Positions 1-12,827 of a stretch of 64,000 nt of DNA are shown here, in pieces; positions within the stretch are counted from its first letter, which is position 1; each line of letters starts with the position of its first letter. The notes under the pieces are model-generated. The model was not told the DNA's origin, did no database searches, and was given only the letters and a program-made list of their open reading frames with translations. This stretch comes from an uncultured Gemmatimonadales bacterium. GTDB taxonomy: Bacteria; Gemmatimonadota; Gemmatimonadetes; Gemmatimonadales; GWC2-71-9. Position numbers and translations under genes: made by a program. The stretch lies in contig CAWGSK010000015.1 of assembly GCA_963825055.1 (NCBI GenBank), forward strand, positions 64,001 to 128,000, written 5' to 3'.

Positions 1-109
1 GGAGCCATGCCCGGTCATATCTGTGATTACCTCTAACGGCGCTGCACGGCGCCGCGTCGACCGGGTTCCTGATGCCTCCTCTCCGATCAGTCTGGTCCCT
101 GTGGGACGA

Positions 110-970
110 TCACGCTCTCTCGGCTGCGTGCCAGTCCTCATCGGAGCCCCATCCAAAAGCTCTTCTCGCCCTGCGCTCAAACCACCTGGTCGCAGATCTA
201 AAGCGTTGAGGCGAAGCGATTTTATCAATCTCCCATACCACTAACCGCGCTTGGCGGCTCTGGTATATGGCTAGTTTCTTAATCCGAAGATTCTCAGGAG
301 CTCCCGGAATGCCTCCCAGGCGAGAGAGCAGGTAGTAGCCCAGAAGCTGGTTGAACTGCTCACGCGGCACCCTACCGTGCTTTGAAGTCTTGATTTCGAC
401 TAACATGTCGTCCACCAGCAGGTCGGCATCAGCGCCGACTACAAGTGGACTAGCAACAAAAAGCGGATTTACCAACCCATAGTTTGTAGGGGCGAATTCC
501 GTGAGCGGCACGAGGTCGATCAGCTGCCGCAATTCACTCACGTACCTCGCAGGCATGGGCTTCAGTACGTATTCGGCTCCGATTCCTGCCCGAAACAGCG
601 GATCAATCTGCGCCATCTCTACGGCAGATCGGCAGATTCCCACTGATACCCTGCCAGTTGCGCAAAAGCGTGCGAGACGTCGCCGTGCGACTGCGATTCG
701 CTTGGCAATCGTACGGGCCAGCCGTGAATGCGGCTTGCGAAGTAGATCCGGAACGGCCTCAGCGACCCACCTTTCTCTCTCAACGTATAGTGGATACTTC
801 GCAAGCAACGTCCAGCGTAGCAAGTAGTCGAATCCTGTCCCGATCCATGAAGGGATAGGAACAGATAGAGGAACAATGGTCGGAGCAGAACGAATGATGT
901 TTGGGCGAACAAAGTGTTCCTTGAGGTATGCCCGCACGTCAGGGAGTGATACGAAACTAGTCAGACTCAC
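110..970 (-). CDS. Hypothetical protein with PD-(D/E)XK nuclease-like motif
   Basis: GADADLLVDDMLVEIKTSK (D...ExK) followed by QLLGYY (QxxxY helix). GTG start at 970 with GAGG upstream. Region is visibly less GC-rich than the rest of the window. Confidence 0.6.
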   Translation of the reverse strand: MSLTSFVSLPDVRAYLKEHFVRPNIIRSAPTIVPLSVPIPSWIGTGFDYLLRWTLLAKYPLYVERERWVAEAVPDLLRKPHSRLARTIAKRIAVARRRLARFCATGRVSVGICRSAVEMAQIDPLFRAGIGAEYVLKPMPARYVSELRQLIDLVPLTEFAPTNYGLVNPLFVASPLVVGADADLLVDDMLVEIKTSKHGRVPREQFNQLLGYYLLSRLGGIPGAPENLRIKKLAIYQSRQARLVVWEIDKIASPQRFRSATRWFERRARRAFGWGSDEDWHAAERA

Positions 971-1134
971 GGTGCACCTCACCCTATGCCAGAGGTTACG
1001 CCACTTCCTGGTAGGGAGCGGACTTTTCGCTGCCCTACCCGACTCCGGTCCTTGAACACTGATGGGTGAGTGTGTGTAGAAACTCTCGCGGTGCAAGAGG
1101 CGACGGGCAGACTAGCGAAATCCGGAGCCGGAGC

Positions 1135-1785
1135 CTATCCGCTCGTCGCGTACCTCAGCACGGCGGTGAAGTGGCAAACGCTGCCCGCCAGCACCATCAC
1201 ATGCCACCAGGCGTGCCGGTAGGGCAGGTAATCCCGCTGATAGAAGATCACGCCTGCCGTATAGAACAGCCCGCCCGCCACCAGCCAGGCCAGTCCGCCC
1301 GGAGGCAGGATCCGCATGAGCGGTCCGGCCCCGATCACGGCGAGCCAGCCCATCCCGAGGTACATCACCGTGGAAAGCCGCGGGAAGCGGAAACCGAGGA
1401 TCGTCTTGTGGAGAATGCCGAGGACGGCGAGCCCCCAGATGATCCCGAAGAGGGTCCAGCCCCAGGTTCCGTTCAGGACGCCGAGGGTGAGGGGGGTGTA
1501 GCTCCCTGCAATCAGCAGGTAGATCGCGATGTGGTCCACAATCCGCATGACGTGCTTGGCACGGGTCCGCGAAGCCGGGATGGCATGGTAGACAGTGGAA
1601 GAGGTATAGAGGAACACCAGGGTGACAGCGAAGACGCTGCAGGCCACAACCTGCCGGGTGCTCCCGTGCGCCCCGACCACCCAGAGCAGCAGCGGCAGCC
1701 CGACCAGGCTGGCGGCGAGGCCGGAGCCATGGATCAGGGCGTTCGCGAGTTCCTCGCGGCGGGTCTGGGGGCGGTGGACGGTCAT
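1135..1785 (-). CDS. Hemolysin III / PAQR family membrane protein
   Basis: EELANALIHG, SSTVYH, DHIAIYLLIAGSYTP and HAWWHVMVL motifs; about 7 hydrophobic segments. Confidence 0.92.
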   Translation of the reverse strand: MTVHRPQTRREELANALIHGSGLAASLVGLPLLLWVVGAHGSTRQVVACSVFAVTLVFLYTSSTVYHAIPASRTRAKHVMRIVDHIAIYLLIAGSYTPLTLGVLNGTWGWTLFGIIWGLAVLGILHKTILGFRFPRLSTVMYLGMGWLAVIGAGPLMRILPPGGLAWLVAGGLFYTAGVIFYQRDYLPYRHAWWHVMVLAGSVCHFTAVLRYATSG

Positions 1786-1801
1786 GAGTGGAAGGTAATT
1801 C

Positions 1802-1893
1802 GACGGGCGGACGGGCGGACAGGGCGGACAGGCGGACAGGGCGGACAGGGCGGACAGGACGGACAGGACGGACAGGGCGGACAGGACGGACAG
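1802..1893. repeat. Tandem 8-9-mer array (GGCGGACAG / GACGGACAG)
   Basis: About 10 degenerate units read directly; the same unit occurs at about 23319, 46691 and 52050. Confidence 0.9.
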
Positions 1894-1897
1894 CGGG

Positions 1898-2302
1898 TCA
1901 GGGCCTTTCCCGTTCCTCTTCCATGCTCAACATCATGTTAATGGTGAACTTATTGAATCCCTTCTCACCGAGTTCGTTCGCAATCGTCCGGTTGCGTTCG
2001 TAGAACTCCTGTTCGAGGCGCCGGGCCTCCACAGGATCATCGCTTGTCAGGTGACTCGTGCTGAGAGCGGGCAGATCTTCACACTCTCCGGTCGCGTACA
2101 GGCGGAGGTGGCTGTCACCTGCCATGCGGTGCGTTGCGTAGTAGTCCAGGTAGTCCCCCTGCTCGTTTCTCCCGAACGCATACTGAATGAGCCAGCCTTC
2201 GGCCTGGAAGAAACCGGGACGCCGGTCTAGCAGTGCCCGCGCCGGTAATTCCAGCTTCCAGGTGCGGAACCTCTTTCTGAACTCCCCGGCAATTCTCTCC
2301 AC
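1898..2302 (-). CDS. Hypothetical protein (134 aa)
   Basis: GTG start with GGAG about 8 nt upstream; non-shadow composition (GWLIQYAFG, YLDYYATHRMAGDSH). Confidence 0.6.
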   Translation of the reverse strand: MERIAGEFRKRFRTWKLELPARALLDRRPGFFQAEGWLIQYAFGRNEQGDYLDYYATHRMAGDSHLRLYATGECEDLPALSTSHLTSDDPVEARRLEQEFYERNRTIANELGEKGFNKFTINMMLSMEEERERP

Positions 2303-2374
2303 AGCGGATACTCCACGTCCATAGGGCCGGTTTGAAAGCTGTACTTCGGTTTCAATATCCGTCAGGGGTGTGAC

Positions 2375-2407
2375 AAAAAGGCGGCTGACCCCCGGGACCA
2401 GTCGCCC
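2375..2407 (-). terminator. Rho-independent terminator downstream of sucA
   Basis: Minus strand GGCGACTG-loop-CAGCCGCC hairpin followed by TTTTT, about 35 nt after the sucA stop. Confidence 0.75.
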
Positions 2408-2441
2408 ACTCAGCAAGGACTCAAAATCAACGACTAACGAC

Positions 2442-6077
<3,636 letters not shown>

Positions 6078-6195
6078 TCTGCGTCAGAAGGCGTACTTTG
6101 GCCCAGAGCGGAAAGATAACGGGGAGGGAAGAGGGACAGGCGCTGGGGGATGCTACTCCATGGCCAGGATGCTGATGGCCGATCCCCGATCCCCC

Positions 6196-7164
6196 CTACT
6201 TCTTCGGCAACTGCAGCCTTCCGACCTTCATCCTTCCCGCCGCATAGACGCCACCGCCCCAGTTCACGAAGACACTGTCGTTCGCGTCCCGGTACGCGAC
6301 CGACCCTTCAGGAAAGGTGCGCAGCGGCTTTCCGGTCGAGTCAATGATGGCCCAACGCGGCTCAGCATTGACTTCCCAGGTCGTCAGGGCGTATCCGCTC
6401 ACGAGCTGGTATTTCGCGTCGGAGAAGGTGAACGTGCTGGCGCCGGGCGGGACATCCGGTGCCGGCTTGGGCTGTACCGGCAGGGCGGGGATGCGAGCTG
6501 GTGCCCGTCGGGCTGGCGAGGAATCATGGGGGGTAACTGCGACCCGTCCGGCGGCCGGAGCCACCGGAGTGGCCACCGCAGGTGTCGCCGTTGCCGGCCG
6601 GGCCTGCTTCGGTTTCGGGCTGGGTGGCGGCGGGGGTGGAGCGTTGGTCCCAGCGGTCTGGCCGCTGGCGCCTGACTTCGCGGTGGCTTCGGCGAGCGTA
6701 GTCTTGCCCTTCGTGATGGGGCGGAACTCCTTGTAGGCGCTGGACAGGGCCTCGAGACCTGTTTCGTTGGTGTGTCCGACCCCATTGCAGGCCGCGCTGG
6801 TCACGAGTGGGTCGTCATTGCAGATGAGGCGACTGTTCACCCTACCGCCAATCGTCTTGCCATCCCACGAGAAGCCACCGAGGATCCTGAAATCCTCCCG
6901 CAACTCCTTCGTTTTCTTGTCCCATCGAACCACCGCCTCCGCAGGGAAGCGGTGCACCAGGTGGGTGTTGTCACCCACCATCAGCAGGTCGCAGGTCCCG
7001 TTGAAGAGATAGGTATGACGGGAGTTCTTCGGGACGCCGGAGGCTTCCTGAAGTTTCAGGCCCGTGCAATTGGTCGCGGGTCCCATGAATTCCTGGGCCC
7101 GAAGGCTGCCGGCGGGGATACCCGCAAGCAGGGTGAGCAGCACGGCAATGGGGCGGGCGGACAT
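6196..7164 (-). CDS. Secreted hypothetical protein with Pro/Ala-rich linker
   Basis: Signal peptide (…GSLRA-QE), four-Cys N-domain, PPPPPSPKPK linker, beta-rich C-domain; GGAGGG RBS. Confidence 0.7.
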   Translation of the reverse strand: MSARPIAVLLTLLAGIPAGSLRAQEFMGPATNCTGLKLQEASGVPKNSRHTYLFNGTCDLLMVGDNTHLVHRFPAEAVVRWDKKTKELREDFRILGGFSWDGKTIGGRVNSRLICNDDPLVTSAACNGVGHTNETGLEALSSAYKEFRPITKGKTTLAEATAKSGASGQTAGTNAPPPPPPSPKPKQARPATATPAVATPVAPAAGRVAVTPHDSSPARRAPARIPALPVQPKPAPDVPPGASTFTFSDAKYQLVSGYALTTWEVNAEPRWAIIDSTGKPLRTFPEGSVAYRDANDSVFVNWGGGVYAAGRMKVGRLQLPKK

Positions 7165-7243
7165 ATTCCCTCCAGGGCGATCCGGTCGGAGTTGCTGTCT
7201 CTGCTACCGGAACGGACTGGGGGGAACGACGGGGCCACCTTGT

Positions 7244-7320
7244 CACTGCCCACTGCCCACTGCCCACTGTCTACTGCCTACTCCCTACTCCCTACTCCCT
7301 ACTCCCTACTCCCTACTCCC
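7244..7320. repeat. Heptamer tandem array grading CACTGCC to TACTCCC (11 units)
   Basis: Direct reading; the last units overlap the nei stop codon. Confidence 0.92.
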
Positions 7321-8167
7321 CCTGGCACCCCCCGCACCAGTACGTCGAGCGGTTCAATGTCCCCTGCCGGGTCATCTCGATGGTGGTGCCGCAGACCAGG
7401 CAGGGCTCCCCACTTCGGCCGTAAACCCAGGCCTTGCCGCCTTTTCCGCCGAAACGGGTGCGCCGGGTGCCGCCTTCCAGATTCCGTCGCATGAGGGCAC
7501 GGGCCTCCTCCAGGAGGCCGGTGAGGGCCGTGTCTTCCAGGTCCCGGACGGGCGTGAACGGCGAGATCCGCCGGATGAACAGCACCTCGGACTTGTAGAC
7601 ATTCCCGATGCCGCTTGCGATGGCCTGCTGCAGGAGGGCCTCGGCGATGGTGAGGTCCTGATGATTCCGGAATCGGGGAATCGCCTCGACGGGGTCGAAG
7701 CTCTCCGCCAGGATGTCGGGGCCGAGCCGGTTGAGCCACTGGTGGCGGCGGAGGGCGCCGGCGGTGAGGACCTCCAGTTCCTTCGGCGTGAAGCAGACCG
7801 CGACCGCGCGATCGGTATGCAGGACGAGATGCGCGTTCCGCTCTGACTTCCTCCACGCTTCGCCGGGACGGTAGAGGTGCCAGGAACCGGTCATGCCCAG
7901 GTGGGAGTGGATCACCCGGCCGTCGTCGAGATGAATCAGGAGATGCTTACCGCGGGCCTCGACGTCGGTGATCGTGCGGCCGGTGAGCAGGGTCGAGGAT
8001 GGGTCGCCGATGGTTTTCGCGACCGAGGTCGCGCCTCGGCTGTCTGTCGCTGAAGCGACGACGCCTGGAGCGGTATGCGGTCCGCCCGTGGCGCTTCGGA
8101 TGGTGTGTCCCACGAGGACCGGCCGCAGGGTCATGGCGGTCCGGAGGATCGTATCGCCTTCAGGCAT
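7313..8167 (-). CDS. nei: Fpg/Nei family DNA glycosylase/AP lyase
   Basis: N-terminal MPEG (catalytic Pro2/Glu3), RGKHL, HLGMTGSW, H2TH GIGNVYKSE, C-terminal CxxC…CxxCQ zinc finger. Confidence 0.93.
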   Translation of the reverse strand: MPEGDTILRTAMTLRPVLVGHTIRSATGGPHTAPGVVASATDSRGATSVAKTIGDPSSTLLTGRTITDVEARGKHLLIHLDDGRVIHSHLGMTGSWHLYRPGEAWRKSERNAHLVLHTDRAVAVCFTPKELEVLTAGALRRHQWLNRLGPDILAESFDPVEAIPRFRNHQDLTIAEALLQQAIASGIGNVYKSEVLFIRRISPFTPVRDLEDTALTGLLEEARALMRRNLEGGTRRTRFGGKGGKAWVYGRSGEPCLVCGTTIEMTRQGTLNRSTYWCGGCQGE

Positions 8168-11100
8168 CCTGGTGCGCCGGGTCCCTCGTCTCCGCGGTGG
8201 TCACCCGCCGGATGTAGCCATGGCGGCTGGGGATGAACCCCGATTCCCGGAGCAGGGGGGCGAGCGGGGATTCGTCCACGGGCACCCCGTCCACGCTGGC
8301 GATGAGTACGGGGCGGCGCGACGTGGCGATCCGCACCAGGGCGTCCACCAGTGCGGGCAGGATATCCTGCCCTTCCCGGGGGAACGCGATGAGGTTGCGG
8401 CCGGAACGGCTGAGCCAGCCGAGTAGTCGCCCTTCCTGGACGATCACCCGGGCGCCGCCGGCCCGCTGGGGCCGGGCGGGGAGGTCGTCCCGCTCCGGCC
8501 AGCGCAGCGACGCCCCCCAGGGGTTCGCGGGGTCGGTGGCGGCCAGGACGATGGCCTGGGCAGGGGCTTCTGACTCGCGCTCGCGCAGGCGGTCCAGCGC
8601 CCCCGGTGCCGCGAACTGGGCGGCGCCCTGCCCGGCCACGAAGTAGCCCCGCCGGATCTTCCCGGATTCCTCCATCGCCTTGAAAACGGGATAGAGGCCG
8701 CTGAATCCGCCGGCGATCCCTTCGGCGCCGACCATCTCGCGGGTGACCACTCCATAGCGCTCCAGCAGCTGGGCCGCGATGGCGGCCTGCCGCGCAGTGG
8801 GAGTGTGATGCTGATGCCCCCGGGCAAAGAGGGACCAGCGTCCTTCCGAGCCTGCGAGGATACCGGAACGGCGGGATCGGAAGGCCCGCCGACCCCGCTC
8901 CCTCCGCGCCGCGGCCCGTCCGCGTCGTTGCCGCCGCAACGCCCGCACCGGCGCCAGGGTGTCGTTGGTTGCGTGGCCGGACCAGACCAGCTGCCAGAGC
9001 GCGTCGAGCGCGTCGTTCCGGAATCCGCCGACCGCGCCGGCGATTTCGTCGAAGAAGAGCGCGCCGCGCTCCTGGAGGAGGTCCCGGACGCGCGCGGCCA
9101 GTTCCTCCTCGACCGGCGCCGGCACCGGCGCCAGCCGGGCCGCATGGTCGGTGAGGTACAGCGCAATCCGTCCATCGAAACTGCCCAGGCTTTCGATGCC
9201 CTGCCAGACGATCTCGCCCGCAGCGCACAGCTCGTCGAGGTCGTTGGGCTGGTACTGCTCGAGCCGTGCGGGAAGGATGGAGCGCTCGAGGTCGGCGGCG
9301 GGCAGCGGGGTGCCCTGGATCTGCTCCACCACGTCGAGCAGCCCGTCGAGGCCACGGCGCGGCCGGTCCACACCCTGCCACTGCACCAGGAACCGTCCCA
9401 GCCTCTCGGGGTCTACGGGCTCGACTTCCCGCCGGAGCCGGGCCAGGGACCGGCGCTTGAGCTGCCGCAGGACGTCCGCGTCCACCCACTCCCGTCCCCG
9501 CCCGCCCGGCAGGAACTCTCCCTCCAGCACGCGATCCCTGGCGGCGAGACGGTGGAGCGCTGCCTGCACTGGTGCCGGGCCCAGCCCGAACCGTGTGGCA
9601 GCGTCGGTGACATGGAACGGGACGTGGGTGCGCGCATAGCGGCTGACGACATCGGCCAGGGCGTCCGCCACCGGCTCCAGAAACGCATCAGGAAGTCCAT
9701 GCGGGATGACCACGCCCAGCGCGTCCCGGTAGCGCGCGGCCTCCTCGGCGGCGATGTAGCGGGTCTCGCCCGCAATCCCGACCGGCACGATCCGGCGCCG
9801 GGCCGTGAGTTCCCGCAGCCAGTCGTCCAGGTGGGGCAGGCGTTCCCCGGCGTCCGGTCCCAGCCGGGCGGCGATCTCGTCGCGGGTGAGGTCGCCCAGC
9901 TGGAGCAGGAGGTCGTGCACGCCGTCCGGGTCACGCACGGGCCAGTCACCGGCGAGGCGCTGAAGGTCCAGGGCCAGCTGGTCCACCACGTCGGCGTCGA
10001 GCAGGTCGCGGAGCTCGGCGTCTCCGAGCAGTTCGCGCAGCTGGGCGTGGTCCAGCGCGAGCGTAGCGGCGCGGCGCTCGGCGAGGGGAGCATCGCCCTC
10101 GTAGAGGAAATTCGCCGTGTAGTTGAAGAGCAGCGAGGCCGCAAACGGCGACGGTGCCGGCGTCTGCGCCACGCGTATCCGGATCGCGCGGCGCTCGACA
10201 TCCGCGAGGATCTTCTTCAGGCCCGTGATGTCGAAGACATCGCGCAGGCATTCGCGGTAGGTCTCGAGCAGGATCGGGAACCGTTCATACTGCGCGGCCA
10301 CCGACAGCAGGTCCGCCGAGCGGCGTCGCTGGATCCAGAGCGGCGTACGCCTCCCAGGCTGGCGCCTCGGCAGGAGCAGGGCGCGGGCCGCGTTCTCCCG
10401 GAAGTGTGCGGCGAAGAGGGCGGTTGAACCCAGCTCGCGCACCACGATGTCTTCCACCTCGTCCGACCGGGGCAGGAACGCCTCGGCCGGCGGTGGCGCG
10501 TCCGACTCGGGCAGTCGGAAGACCATGCCGTCGTCGGTGTACATCATGTCCACTTCGCCTGCAGCCTCGTTCCGGAGGCGGGCGGTCACGGCCGTGGCCC
10601 AGGGGGCGTGCACCCGCGCGCCGAACGGGGTCATTACGGTCACGCGCCAGTCGCCTACTTCGTCCAGGAACGACTCGATCACGATGGTCCGGTCGCTGGG
10701 GGCTTCCTCCGTCGCCTCGACCTGCTCGCGCAGATACTGGAGGAGCAGGTCGGCCGCGCGTCCGTCGAGAGCGTGGCGTCCCGTGAGCCGTTCGCGTGCC
10801 TCAACCGGATCCATCCGGGTCAGTTCCCGCGTGAGCTGGCCGATGGCGCGGCCGAACTCGAGTGGGCGTCCCGGCCCGTCGCCCTTCCAGAATGGCATTC
10901 GCGCCGGCTCGCCGGGCGCGGGGGCCACCATGACGCGGTCGTGGGTGATGTCCAGCACCCGCCACGAGGACGCGCCGAGGCGGAAGACATCCCCCACGTG
11001 GGTCTCGAAGACCATCTCCTCGTCCAGCTCGCCCACCCGGCTCCCCCCGCCGCTCCCGTCGGCGAGGAACACGCCGTAGAGCCCGCGGTCTGGAATGGTG

Positions 11101-12680
11101 CCGCCATTCGCGATCGCCACCCGCTGGGTTCCGCTCCTGGGGGAGATGGTACCGTCGAGGCGATCCCAGGTGAGGCGCGGGCGGAGCCCGGCGAATTCGT
11201 CCGAGGGATAGCGGCCCGAGAGCAGGTCCAGCACTCCCTCGAACGCCGACCGGGGCAGGTCGAAGAACGGTGCGGCACTCCTGGCCAGCGCGTACGCGTC
11301 GTCCACCTTCATCCCTTCGAGCGCCACCATCGCGACCAGCTGCTGGGCCAGCACGTCGAGCGGATTGCGGGGATAGAACGTCTCCTCTACCTCGCCCTGG
11401 AGCATCCGCTCGATCACGGCGCTGCAGGCCAGCAGGTCGCCGCGGTACTTGGGGATGATCACGCCGCGGGAGGGCACGCCCACCTGGTGCCCGGCGCGCC
11501 CGATCCGCTGGATGCCGCTGGCGATGGACGGCGGAGCCGCCACCTGGATGACGAGATCCACCGCGCCCATGTCGATCCCGAGTTCCATGGACGACGTGGC
11601 GACGATGGCCGGGAGCTGCCCCCGCTTCAACCGGTCCTCGATCAGGAGCCGCGTGTCCTTCGCGATGGACCCGTGGTGCGCGGCGGCCAGTTCCTCCCCG
11701 GCGAGCTCATTGATGGCCGACGCCAGCCGCTCGGCGAGGCGGCGGCTGTTCACGAAGATCATGGTGGACGTGTGGGCGCGGACCAGTTCGACCAGCCGCG
11801 GATGAATGGACGGCCAGATGGACGGTGCCTTCTGCGGTCCCGCCGCCGGGCCACTGGTGAATTCCGGGTCGGTGTCGGGCTCCTCCGGCATTTCAACGGT
11901 GAGTTCGAGGGTCTTCCGCCGGCCGGCTTCGATGATCTCGACCGGGCGCGGGCGGACAGGGGCCTCGGCGTCGGCGGTCGCCTCCCCTCCCCCCAGGAGG
12001 CGGGCAACCTCCTCCAGCGGACGCTGCGTCGCGGAGAGCCCGATGCGCTGCATGGGCGCCGCCTCAGGGTCGGCCTGCCGGCGCAGCCATTCCAGGCGCT
12101 CCAGCGAGAGGAACAGGTGTGACCCCCGCTTGGTCCCCACCATCGAATGGATCTCGTCCACGATCACCGTGTTCACCGTGCGCAGCGTATCCCGCGCGCG
12201 GGAGGTGAGCATGAGGTAGAGCGATTCGGGTGTGGTGATCAGGATGTCGGGCGGCTCGCGGACCATCCGTTGCCGGTCGGCGGACGGCGTATCGCCGGAG
12301 CGGATCCCGACCGTGGGTTCGTGATGGGGCACGCCCTCGCGGTTCGCGACCGCGCGCACCCCCGCGATCGGTGAGCGCAGGTTCCGCTGGACGTCCACGC
12401 CCAGTGCCTTCAGGGGGGAGATGTAGAGAATCCGGACGCCGGGCCGCAGGTCCGTGCGAGGTTGGCGGGGGAACATGATCCGGTCGATCGCGATCAGGAA
12501 CGCCGCCAGGGTCTTACCCGAGCCGGTGGGGGCGAGGAGCAGGGTATTCCGCCCCTCGGCGATGGCCGGCCAGGCCCCCGTCTGCGCGTCCGTGGGTGCG
12601 GGGAATGCCTCGGCGAACCAGCGGGCGACGACGGGGTGGAGATGGTCCAGGCCTGCGGGGGCCGTACGGGGGGTGGCCAT
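8160..12680 (-). CDS. lhr: Lhr ATP-dependent helicase, long form (about 1506 aa)
   Basis: APTGSGKT, ISPLKAL, TTPESL, DEIH, SAT, SSMELGID, QRIGRAGH; C-terminal ATDPANPWG domain; overlaps the nei start. Confidence 0.95.
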   Translation of the reverse strand: MATPRTAPAGLDHLHPVVARWFAEAFPAPTDAQTGAWPAIAEGRNTLLLAPTGSGKTLAAFLIAIDRIMFPRQPRTDLRPGVRILYISPLKALGVDVQRNLRSPIAGVRAVANREGVPHHEPTVGIRSGDTPSADRQRMVREPPDILITTPESLYLMLTSRARDTLRTVNTVIVDEIHSMVGTKRGSHLFLSLERLEWLRRQADPEAAPMQRIGLSATQRPLEEVARLLGGGEATADAEAPVRPRPVEIIEAGRRKTLELTVEMPEEPDTDPEFTSGPAAGPQKAPSIWPSIHPRLVELVRAHTSTMIFVNSRRLAERLASAINELAGEELAAAHHGSIAKDTRLLIEDRLKRGQLPAIVATSSMELGIDMGAVDLVIQVAAPPSIASGIQRIGRAGHQVGVPSRGVIIPKYRGDLLACSAVIERMLQGEVEETFYPRNPLDVLAQQLVAMVALEGMKVDDAYALARSAAPFFDLPRSAFEGVLDLLSGRYPSDEFAGLRPRLTWDRLDGTISPRSGTQRVAIANGGTIPDRGLYGVFLADGSGGGSRVGELDEEMVFETHVGDVFRLGASSWRVLDITHDRVMVAPAPGEPARMPFWKGDGPGRPLEFGRAIGQLTRELTRMDPVEARERLTGRHALDGRAADLLLQYLREQVEATEEAPSDRTIVIESFLDEVGDWRVTVMTPFGARVHAPWATAVTARLRNEAAGEVDMMYTDDGMVFRLPESDAPPPAEAFLPRSDEVEDIVVRELGSTALFAAHFRENAARALLLPRRQPGRRTPLWIQRRRSADLLSVAAQYERFPILLETYRECLRDVFDITGLKKILADVERRAIRIRVAQTPAPSPFAASLLFNYTANFLYEGDAPLAERRAATLALDHAQLRELLGDAELRDLLDADVVDQLALDLQRLAGDWPVRDPDGVHDLLLQLGDLTRDEIAARLGPDAGERLPHLDDWLRELTARRRIVPVGIAGETRYIAAEEAARYRDALGVVIPHGLPDAFLEPVADALADVVSRYARTHVPFHVTDAATRFGLGPAPVQAALHRLAARDRVLEGEFLPGGRGREWVDADVLRQLKRRSLARLRREVEPVDPERLGRFLVQWQGVDRPRRGLDGLLDVVEQIQGTPLPAADLERSILPARLEQYQPNDLDELCAAGEIVWQGIESLGSFDGRIALYLTDHAARLAPVPAPVEEELAARVRDLLQERGALFFDEIAGAVGGFRNDALDALWQLVWSGHATNDTLAPVRALRRQRRGRAAARRERGRRAFRSRRSGILAGSEGRWSLFARGHQHHTPTARQAAIAAQLLERYGVVTREMVGAEGIAGGFSGLYPVFKAMEESGKIRRGYFVAGQGAAQFAAPGALDRLRERESEAPAQAIVLAATDPANPWGASLRWPERDDLPARPQRAGGARVIVQEGRLLGWLSRSGRNLIAFPREGQDILPALVDALVRIATSRRPVLIASVDGVPVDESPLAPLLRESGFIPSRHGYIRRVTTAETRDPAHQDA

Positions 12681-12727
12681 GCGGGAATATAGGAGGTGAC
12701 CGCGTGGATCCGGGTGATGCCGATATC

Positions 12728-12820
12728 GGTTGAGTGGTTGAGTCGTTAAGTCGTGCAGCAGCTGGCGAAGGACTGAATCACTCAACCAGCCTGCGATTCA
12801 ACGACTCAACGACTCAACTG
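12728..12820. repeat. Inverted short arrays (GTTGAGT… / …ACTCAAC)
   Basis: ggttgagtggttgagtcgttaagtcg on the left and attcaacgactcaacgactcaac on the right. Confidence 0.7.
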
Positions 12821-12827
12821 CTGTTCC

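Noticed and set aside
110..970. Cas4 or prophage/IS assignment
   Set aside because: No Fe-S cysteine cluster, and no cas, integrase, transposase or terminal repeats visible.
1788..2003. ORFs made of GRT/GQG/ADR or LPTPYS repeats (also 7064, 46686, 51939, 52036)
   Set aside because: Translations of the intergenic tandem arrays, without RBS or coding support.
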